The position numbers and the translations under genes were made by a program. 64,000 bases of DNA from Ascidiella aspersa. Lineage: Eukaryota. Location of the stretch: the NCBI GenBank assembly GCA_963924565.1, contig OZ004611.1:26474001-26538000 (forward strand), written 5' to 3'. Numbering within the stretch: position 1 is the stretch's first letter; each line of letters begins with the position of its first letter. The notes under the pieces are model-generated. The model saw only the letters and a list, made by a program, of their open reading frames with translations. It ran no database searches and was not told where the DNA came from. Positions 45,047 through 55,647 of the stretch are shown piece by piece.

Positions 45047-48000
45047 TCATCGAAATGATGATTTTATCAACTATACTGGCTTTAGTATTTTTATTGAAAT
45101 TTAATTTTGGCTGTTTGCTAACTTGGGCCAAACATGTCGTTCACAAATAAAAATAGCTTTCAGGCAAATGTGTTAGACTCAAATAATAGATATAGAAAAC
45201 GAGCTGAGTTTTATTTCAATACCAATAATCGTTTATATTGCAGGCCGAATTTTGTTTTGCTAAAATATGGCGATTTTCGATACAGGCTGGCTGAGCGCAT
45301 TTTGCAATTGGCTTGTATAGTTTGCGCAGAACAACGAGTCGAAATCGCGTGTTACAGATGCGCGATTGTGTTCGAGGTGCATTCTTGGAAATCGAACGGC
45401 GAATGTGACAGGCGCAGCAGTTATCAAACGTCACGGGTGCTGCGATACGGTCGCTATCGAACGCACGTGCCACTTTGAGCATATGACTTGATATTTTGGC
45501 GAAATCACATGACTTTGGTTTTGAAGCTTGCTGGTTGCAGCAGCAGTTCTTTTGCGAATTAATGTCAATCCCGGTATGAGGGCGTGGAGCTATCAGAAAT
45601 AGGTGTTGAGCTGAGAAAATTTGACAACTTTACAGGTGAACTGAGAGAAGTGTAAAATACCAGGCATGTGATCCGGAAACTTAAAATAAATAATGTGATA
45701 AAACAGTTTTCGTTTTACCTAAAACAACAAAATTTGCATATAGCATTGTAAACATGTCGCAGATAAAGCAGCAGCAACAACACAATATAGTTGTACGACA
45801 GAATATTCTTTTATTTCAAGGCTAAAATTTCAGCGATACATGTGGATTTGAAAAATCACATATAAATTTACAAATGATGCAGTAATAGTTTATTGTCCGT
45901 GATGATAGCATAACGTAGCAAGCTGTTGTCGTATTAAGCGTGAATCCTATTTTGGACTGTAGAAACTTTTGTTGCCTATTTTTATTGAGAATGTATTCAC
46001 CAGGGTGACAAGCATTCTTAGTTTTTCGATTGCTTTGACAAATTTTAAAATAAATTCACTACAAGTCCATTTAGTTTGGTTAAGTTCATGAATTTATTTA
46101 TCTCTGCACATAGATCGAAATGTGAAACACAATAGAGCATTGGTAGACAACCATTTCGTCTGTGTGCTCTGGCTACCGTGACTCAGAGACAGTAATCTAG
46201 TTCAAAAAAACAAAATGTGAAAAAATATTGGTGTCACAGTGTAATAACTTAATGTGTTTGTCAGAATTAATATTTGGAATGGTTTATTCCGACGCGCAAA
46301 ATGTAGAAATTGCTTACCCAGGGGACATAGTACGCGTGACAGTTTTTGTTTGAAGTTGCATGTTTTTTATAGTATTCATCTTTGATTGGTGAATATGCGA
46401 ACTAGGCTACGTCCCACATAGTCACAATGTTGAAAATGAATAACGAGACATTCAAAACTTTTAAAATGACCCCTACTTCTGTATGGTATATTCTTACGAG
46501 TCTTGCTACAACCTCCAAGCATTATGGTCTATAGTTTTATTGTGAATCCGTAAGTACATAAAACAATAACCGTAAATGCCGTAAATTCTCAAAACCGCCA
46601 ATAGATATAAAATAATAGCTGCGTGAAATACATCTTTCCAGTTTTACAACTAAAAATGGGCAAAACATTACAAGTAGGCTACTGTGTTACGATTTGTCAG
46701 TGTTTTATATGTTTTGCCAATATTTGACATCAAACGCGGCATATTAGAGAACCAGCAAATCGCTTCCTCAAAACGCTGAGTTTCGCACCATATGCTGTTG
46801 TTTCAACACGCATGAAAATGTTGTTTTGCGCGCGCTAGCAAACACCAATCAAACCCGCATCTCATTAGCGAAGAAGAAACGATTGAAATCAACAAGCGAC
46901 GCGTCCCCAAGAGCCCAAGAGCCCACGGGCCAGCATCTGTACACGGCAGCACACTCCAGACATGGACAATTCGCAACAGGTACTTATGTATCGATCTAAC
47001 GTGGAAGCTTGCTTTGTCTCTCTCGTTGCTGCCTGATTTCTTACCGATTTCTACCTACACAGTACACAAGCCCAACCTCTATAGGTTGCCAACAGCGGCG
47101 AACGCTTGATTCAAGGGTGCTAGGGCTCCTACTTTGGCCCGTACGGTCAGGTATGTTTACCGCTTGTTTTAGGCCCTCGAAAACCTGTTCGGCTCGTTCC
47201 AAAATCACTCCAGACCGAAAGGTGATTAAATATTCGCCCTTTCGCCGACAATCTCCGTTTTATTTTTCAGCGCTCGCACGACGGTTTGACCTGGCAGCTT
47301 TTATTTGGTGTATTGTGTCACTTTTAAACATACATGTGAGGTAATTTAGTGTGGTATGTTTTTTAATAATAACCTTTATGGCGTTACTCGTTTTAATTTG
47401 TCAGGATAATTCAGAACAATTCAGGGAAATATAGACTTTTTGAACACATTTAAAACAATTTCTAAACGCTGGTGGTGTTGCATTTTTTTAAGGACACGAT
47501 TATGTTGTTGTCATATTGGTTCTGCAGTGGATTTGTTATTGTATGAAACAGTTAAGCACGGTTACTTCAAACCATTTATTTGGCAAGTTTCGACAATAGG
47601 AATTTGTTTTCGTTATAACTTGTCGTTAATGTCTTATTGATAGAGGTGTTGCGGTAAAATATGGAAGAGTGTCAGGCTTGCTATTTTTGTTGTTGAATTA
47701 GTAGTGAAATGTTCTTCAGAGCTCGGTTATTAACTTTATTGTCAATGTGATGCTTTACAAGACAGGTTCCGGCGTACTGCCAACATATCACCAGGAAAAG
47801 GCGTCAAAACACCAGAAAGCGCAAAAAGGTTGGTAGTACCCCGAAGTCGATTGATGCTGTTTCTTCGCACATGGCAGTTGTATGTTATGAACAGTTACCC
47901 AGGTGTTTTAGAGGGAAGGTGTATTTGATAGTAAGTTGTTGCTGATTTTTAGACTTCGATGTTATTTACCCTACTTCATGTGTGGCACTGACATCATGAG

Positions 48001-51000
48001 CATAGTTTATTTGAGAATAAAGTAGAATAACTACCAACGCCTATGCGGCTTGTAATAAACACATAAACGTTTCATACCAAACTTTGTTGTACACGTTTCA
48101 TATTGCGCGGAATTTTGCATGAAGCTTTTTCTCGACAGGGCTAGACACTGTAAGCAAAAATGTGTTTTCCGTTTATGTTGTGATTTAAATTAGGAGGTTC
48201 ATAACGTTTCGGGTGAACGGTTAGCCTGTTGCTCGACATAATATGTTATATTGGGCAAAACAGCAAGATGATTTTAAACAAGTTGTTAGCGCACTGATCC
48301 CACAGCTGTATGGACTTTTAGTTTAGCTATAAATTACTGGTCAAGCGAAATGAGCCGTAAATGAAAACGCCTTGGATAACGCAATACAATTTCAAATACA
48401 CATTTTCAATAAAAAAAATTATGTTGCGCCTTTAATACAATTACTGATGATAAAAAAAACATAAAAATACGATTACTTACAAATATCACTCCCCCCTGAA
48501 ACCCAAATATTCTCTCCTAGGGGGAACTTCCGATCCGGTTGAGCACGTTTGCTTTCGACTGACCGGTGAGGAAAACCAAAAACGGCAAACATATTTTTTT
48601 AAGGTAAAGGGTCAACCTGTTTACCTTTTGTTTGTGGTGGTAGTATAAGGAAGTAGTAGTAAGTATAGGTAAGTAGGAGGTAGTAGGTAAATGTTTAGTT
48701 ATTTTAATATTTAGTGGTTAATGCACCCTTAACAAACAGGTTTCCCTAAGAAAAAAAGGCAAAACTACACAGCGAGAAAATTTACCTTATTCAAATAGAA
48801 TAAACGCGGCATTATTCGGGACCGAATTAAATCGCGGCCAAGTGCGACTAGCGGTGGGAGAGGGGGGCACATCCACCTAACGTCAGTCGATGTCGAACCG
48901 TTCGCGGCCTGATAGCGAAAGATTCCGTCGAAAAAGTCGCGCCCCTCTTTCAAAGTCCGGGCTGACGAAAAAGCCGGGCGCGAAAACGCGGCGCGAATCG
49001 AGCGCTTTCCGCGACCCTTACTACCTGTTAATGGATCCGCCTGTCGCAGCGAAATCGAATCGCGGCGCCCGCGCAAAGCGATTTGTAATAATGTTTAAGT
49101 TGATTTCGTTCTGGGCCCGTCTCGGCGAGCGCCGCGCAATCAATACTTCACGTGTTCATTGGATTTTATTAGGACCGCCCCTCGTCCTCCCGGGATAGGG
49201 CGAAATGTCGCTACCAGTTAGAGAATACATGCGTTTACCCTTTTTTCAGACCTTTGTTGAGTTGCTTCGAGGAGTTGGCGAGGCCTTCATTGAATTTGGG
49301 CAAGACGCGAAATGCGGTTTTGCCCTTGTGTTTTGCCGACGTATTATGTTGTTGGACATGCGCGCGATCCGACCCCGGGACCAACAGCGCTGCTAATTTA
49401 TACGAATGAGCCTAGTTTAATGCATGCGGTCAGCCCGGGTCTTTGCGAAGCAGCGCTCGATACTTTTAGGCGTGATTCGCCTGCGGATTGTTTTCCCGTT
49501 CTTCGTTTCATACTTGTTCGCACGTAAGCTGGGCCTTCAAATTAACGCTAAACCGCGTCCGAAAAAGGTATGAGCGAAATGGGCTTTAAAAGTTTGTTTT
49601 GCTTGCGAAAGATGGCGATTGCTTCTGCGCCAAAACTAAAGCGCCGTTATTATAAAGGTTGCATGCTGCGTCCTAAACATGGTACGGTAATGGTTTTCAT
49701 ACATTGTTTTAAAACTTTGAATTTTTAAATGGTACTTTATGTAAGCTTGTGTACTATACGTGTTGTTGTGACATAAAGTTGCGTTTTGTTGAAGATATAC
49801 TGCGTACGTTTACCAACGCGAGTCCTGTTTAAACGTGATTGAGCAGCTTTTTAGTTTGAGATATACAGCGTCGCTATTGCTATTTTTACATGCTGCGTAT
49901 TAAACAAGGTACGACAATGGTTTTCATATTTGTTTTGTTTAATTAACCAATTATAGGCTTTTTCGGGGTTTACTCTAACTGTAAGAGCTGGAAAAATGTG
50001 TAACTGACCGGCAGTGATGTATGCTTTAGTTTGTCTTTTAGCTGAACATTATCTAGTCGTTAGTTGTATGTTATAGAGACACCGATAAATTAAATTTTAA
50101 ACCAATGAAAAAATGACTGACATATTTTGAGATTCGACTTAGTCTTTTCTTAAGTATTGATTGGTTGGTTTATAACATTGGTACAAAGTAACGTTTTCAA
50201 CCTTAAAATTCGATTTATCAGACAACTTTCCAACGCGAATTTTGTCTTAATAACCTCAAAAAGCAAAACATCTGCAAGCTTCAATTTTGGGCACCTCAAA
50301 ATAGCACCAATAAGTTTAAACACGTGAAAAACGGTGTATGTTCTCAATTATATAGCCGCTTGAAAAAGTTTAGAGAGTTGGTTATTTCAAACTTAATCCG
50401 TAAAATGGCGGAAAACATGATTTGAATGTAGGAACTGCTGTTATTTATCACCTTATTACAGATTAAGGTTGGTTTAAATAAGCCTACCGTTTCTCGAAAA
50501 AATGCACATTATTTGCTGCTGAATTGAAGTATGTTCTTCAAACATTTTCCATGACAAGTATAACATTTTATTGAATAATTGAAATTTAAAAGATTTATAT
50601 TTCACTGCAGCTGCTTATTATAGAATCTATCAACTGTTGTAGAATTGTTGAAGAGTTGAATGATTTTTTTTTATTTGACTCCGTTAAAGAGAACAACTGA
50701 ATACAAGCGAAAACTTCGAAGAATTTTCACGGATATTGCTTATTGTTCATTACGTACGTAAGTTCCTCTTACTAAACCAACCACGTTATCTACTACGTAA
50801 CAACTATTGTACATGTTATCTAGCAAATTTGAAATAAATCGGTTCTTAATGTTGACAAGTTATATTTTCCAGTAAAATATTTGTTGAAATCTATTCAGGA
50901 TTTTCGCCCATCTCACTGGTTCAGAATAACTGCTAAATACATCACATTGTTTATTGCAAAGATTTTTTAAAATGATTTCATACCATATTTGCTCGCATTA

Positions 51001-53263
51001 TAGACTGGACAAATAACACAAAATTGGCGATTAGAAAGTGTCGATTTTATCTAACGCAAATTTTTAAACACATTTTGGGTGCCAAAGGTCAAACAAAACA
51101 ACTTATTACTTTACGGTTATTTACGTCTCTCAGAAATACCTAGAAAGCTCATTATTGAGTTTAAACGCTATGGGGAAAAAAACTTTAAAATATTGTTATC
51201 TGTTAAGAGTTTGATTGCGTCTCAACAATAAGCAAGTCCCACTTATTCCTATTTGTTTTTGTATAAATGCAGGCTTAAAAATTACACTGACGAATAGAAC
51301 TACAATTGTAATTTCAAACCTTTGTCATTTTTTCACGTTATTTAAAGTATAGAATGCGGTGCGTGAACAACGATTTCGAAACAGATTAAAAATGTCGGCG
51401 ATTTGAAGTGATTTATTGAAGGTGTGTCGCATCAAAATTTGCTATTTATCACCGGACGTGATTAGAGCTTAACGCAGCACACAGCACAGGAAGCTTTAGA
51501 GTTGCCGGAATCTGTGATGAGGCGATTTTTTCGAGCCACTGTTTTAGGCGCCGTTTATTCCGGTTATGTTGGTGCTACAGTTCGTTGTTTTCGCGTCTTT
51601 TTTTCGTACTTTGATTTTGGAAAGTGCTACGAAATGCCCGTGTTCCTTGTGAAAGCTGATAATTTTGCTGTAAATTACAGCTCAAAACAAGTATAATTTT
51701 AATTGAAGATAAGTAAATAGAAACTTGTTGTTTTTTTTGCGCGTTATTTGTGACTTACTCGCTTTGAGAGATAAAATATTTCTAAGTTGGGTTTAAAGTT
51801 TAGTTCCAGCTGGAAACAGTCATGTAGGTCAACCGCAAAATTATAAATATCAAAGCCGAATAATGTCGAGTGAATCACAATTATGAGTTTCTATTTTCGT
51901 ATTATAGCGGATATTTCGAAATAGATTTACTCCACCCACCAAGCTCAAACTGTCCTATTTTGTAGATTTTAGGTAGTTCAACGGACTACGATATCGATAG
52001 TTGCAAATAGCTGGACTGTGTTTAAGTAATTTGGCATCATTTGTTACTATATTTGGATTAATTGTAGTTATTTAATGCTTTATAATGTGATATAGATAGT
52101 TAAAGTTTTTTCTGTGAGATAAAGTAATCGCAACAGGTTGTGAGATGCAGTGTCAGTCATATAGTTTCGAAGTAGGGTTTTACATGTCAGTGAAGGTGGG
52201 CGGCATTTCTTTGCATTTTCGTGAAAAAAAATCTGGTGAAAACGGTTTAATAAAATTTAAAGAACAAGTCATAAACGTAGTTCTAAGCTTTTACTTTTGA
52301 AGTTTACATTAAAGTTTCCTAAAAGAATATAAATTTATAAAGAAGCAGGTAGCTTTTCAAAAAAATTTTTTTTTTCTTTTTTGTAACGCTGACGTGTTGT
52401 TATGTTTACCGTGCCGTCTGTTTTGAAAGCTAACCCTATTGCTTTGAGCCTTGCCTGTTACGCCTATCATCAAGCGCCCGAAAACACTTACCTTGGAACC
52501 TGTGTGCTTCTTATCACGACTGGTTGAAACCTGACGAATCACACCGTCTCTGGTTTACATCAGGGCTCCTGTCCTGCGCTTTAACGGCCTGACGAAAGGA
52601 CAGAGCCCCTGGTGAGACGGTTTCGTCATTTCGGTAAGTCGTTGTACAACGAGGTCGAGTTTTAAACTTCAGGCAATAGGTGATTTTTTACCTTACAAAG
52701 TTTTGCGAGTGTTAGCTTCAATTAAGATTTTTTTGTTCGCTTTGTATTAATAAACGCGGAAGTTTTTGCCTATGGTGGAAATAGGCAGTTTTAAACTAAA
52801 CAAATGACAAGTACTGTTTGTATAAAAATTATTGCTTAAAAGGAGATAACACAGGGTTTAGTCAGTTTAGTAAGTATTTGGGTTATTAAGGACATTTCGC
52901 ATAAAAGAAGTGGTGACTTCAGCTTAAGGCGATATGTTTTAGGGTGTATGCGAAGGCTATAGATGTTGTTCAGCTTTGAATTAAAATTGGGGATTTTAAA
53001 TTAACACTTTTTAGTTGACTTTTTGAGAAAAGCAAATTTATAATGACGCCCAACTAGATTTTTAATTTATCGGTGGCAATAGACACCTTTGAACTTAGAC
53101 GAATAAACTTTAGTTTTAAACAACAACGAACCATTAGAAATGATTTTTCTATACTTGTTCCAAAAGTGGGGAATTTGACGGTGCCTTTTACATCTCCCTC
53201 TTACATATTTTCCTTAGACGTATTCCCGGTTCGGTCCGTTGTATGTTGCTGGATGCAAACTGC

Positions 53264-53654
53264 CAGTGTTGTAAGCTAGTCATTTTGGAATGACTTATGT
53301 CCCAGTCAAGTCATTTGTGAAATATCTTTAGTCCAAGTCACGTCTTTTCGAATAAATACTAAGTCTAATCCCTGTCAAGTCATAATTAAAGCAAGTCAAT
53401 TCAAAGTCAAGTTCTTGTACGAACAATTACATGTTAAGCTATTAAAATTGGGTAAACTCGTACGATTATGAGCAAACCTTAATTAAAAATACTAAAAAGT
53501 CAATAGATGGGACAAATAATCCAATTTTAATTTCAACCCAAGTCTTTTGTCTAAAAGAAGTCAAGTCAAGTCATTTGCCCGGAAGACTTAAGTCAAGCCA
53601 AGTCATTTAAAAACAGTGACTTGAGTGCACTTGAGTCAAGTCATTACAACACTG
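53264..53654 (+). mobile_element. Non-autonomous hAT-like element (CAAGT-repeat family), complete
   Basis: 11-bp TIR CAGTGTTGTAA/TTACAACACTG; perfect 8-bp TSD CAAACTGC (53256-53263, 53655-53662). Confidence 0.92.
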
Positions 53655-55264
53655 CAAACTGCTGCTCCTGGGATCGCGGATAACGCCATTATTCCTCGCA
53701 ACTTGTTTCATCTGACGAATATCTTAACCCCCTCGAATTCCCTCCCCTTGCGTGCTCGTATCTGAGATAGGGCGTCGTGCTGTGCGTGACAGCGCAGATA
53801 AAACCGAGAGTGCATTAAGGTAAAGGGCGTTCGGTGCACGTCGAACGAGAGATACCTTGCAAGAATCGATCCCTCCTGAGACGTTGTCATTTCCAAGTTT
53901 TCTTGTCTTTGATCGTCATTTTCCTCCCAAGAAACGCCGCAAGATTTCGACTGCGTCAGGTCAGTTTTTGCCCCGACGGTCGCGATTGCGAGATATTGCC
54001 TAGCTTTGGTGACCCATATTGGCGCTTGCCATGCGCGTATATATAGAACAAGGCTATACTCACTGACATTTGAAATGTCAATGATCGAAGTGGCGGCCTA
54101 TTGCGATGCGCGTAAGAAGGTGACTGCCAACTATGAAGGTTTTTTCTCTTATTGCTTCCAATAGCTTACGGGAAGCGGATTTCCATCGATTAAATTCGTG
54201 CCCTGTTTGTTTTTTATTGAAAGCTTTCTTAGTATAAAGCAGGTTACGCATTTCAATTTGGAAATGATTTACTGATTTTTCAATTCCAAGCTAATTTTGT
54301 ATGCCGGAATACGGCACAATAAGCTGGTTCGCATTAATCGCGTGATAGCTTATTAGTTTGATTGAAACTCAAAAAATTATAGGCAAACTTATCATTCAAA
54401 ACAAGCTCAAAAACAAATTTAAAGTCAACTACGTTAATAGGCATAAATTGTAGTAACCAACTGAATTACCTATATAAATCTGTAGCGGAATATGACCGTG
54501 TTTTAGTAAGTGATTCCACGCTTAGGGGAAATTCAAAAACTGTCCGATGAACTGGCATCATTCAAATGATTTGAAACTTGTTAATTCATGCGAAATTGGT
54601 TGAATTGAGTTACACGGGAAACCAATGCGAGATTTCCTTGCCTTGAAACAAATAAAAAGTATTTAACTGCCTTTTATTGTCCCCTGTTTGAAAGAAAATT
54701 CAGATTGGAACTTGGTGTTCAATGTTTGGGTTTCGCTTAAAAATGTGTCTAATGATCATTGTTATTATTGATGATTATATATTATTTCCTACTGGGAGTC
54801 AATAACTAACTTGATCGACTTGATTTTTTACAAGAAATTATTGACAGTGGCCTCTAAGATCAAATAACACTTACATTTTGACTTGATAAGTGAGATCGAC
54901 ATCATTGATCGAATGTTTTGAAACATACAATTGTAGCCCGGCAGTAGATTAGCTCAAACTGAAATTTAAAAATTATTACGTGTTAGATTTAAGCTGAATA
55001 CATTTTTTTTTCTAAATACCAGCCCTTGAATGGAAATTAAATCACATTGAGACGGATGAATCAGCTGATGGACTCGACTTTATTCTAAAGTTATTTTAAA
55101 TCGACTTGTACAGCCGCCAGAATAAAAAATACGGTCCTGGTCTGACTTAATATTAATCATTGTGACTAACCAAAATCCAAAAAGTTGTCTTGGTACCTCG
55201 TTCGGAAAGACCAGCCCCCGGATTACAATGCACCCAGACTGGGACTTACAAACTAATCTTTAGT

Positions 55265-55647
55265 AAAATGACGAGACTTGACTCTTTCCAAATAATTTGG
55301 CTTGACTTGAGTCTTTTGACCGAAATGACTTGACTTAAATTTTTGTGTAAAATTACTTGGGTTTAATAAGGTGTTTTTATTATTTTTTTTTTAATAAAAT
55401 TGGGTTATTGATCTTCTTTTATGCACGTAAAACAAGTTTGCTATATTGCGTTTTGTTATTTTTAGTCCAGTTATTGCTCATAGTAGGACGAGTTTGCCAA
55501 TTGTAATAGTTTAACCTTTAATTTATTATGTCAATGTCATGACTTTAAGTTAACCTGCTCTCAACATGACTAAACCGGGACTTGTTATTTTCGCAAAAGA
55601 CCTGACTTGGACATAGGTCTTTTCAAAATAACTTATTTACAACACTG
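55265..55647 (-). mobile_element. Inverted, older copy of the CAAGT-repeat hAT-like element
   Basis: Ends TTACAACACTG at 55647; TGACTTGA repeats; left end decayed. Confidence 0.65.

Noticed and set aside
49660-49935. ~50-bp direct repeat at ~228-nt spacing (also 56110-56340 and 3836-3897)
   Set aside because: Ordinary local duplications with no further structure.
51514-51659. Box C/D snoRNA (GTGATGA...CTGA)
   Set aside because: No terminal stem or recognisable rRNA guide; the motifs are short enough to be chance.
52430-52438. CTAACCCTA as a telomerase template
   Set aside because: A 9-mer of this class is expected by chance in 64 kb, and it overlaps the module's closing helix, so it would not be single-stranded.
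52525-52625. Hammerhead ribozyme from two CTGACGA motifs
   Set aside because: No GAAA following a stem II in the required order, and the first motif is itself base-paired.
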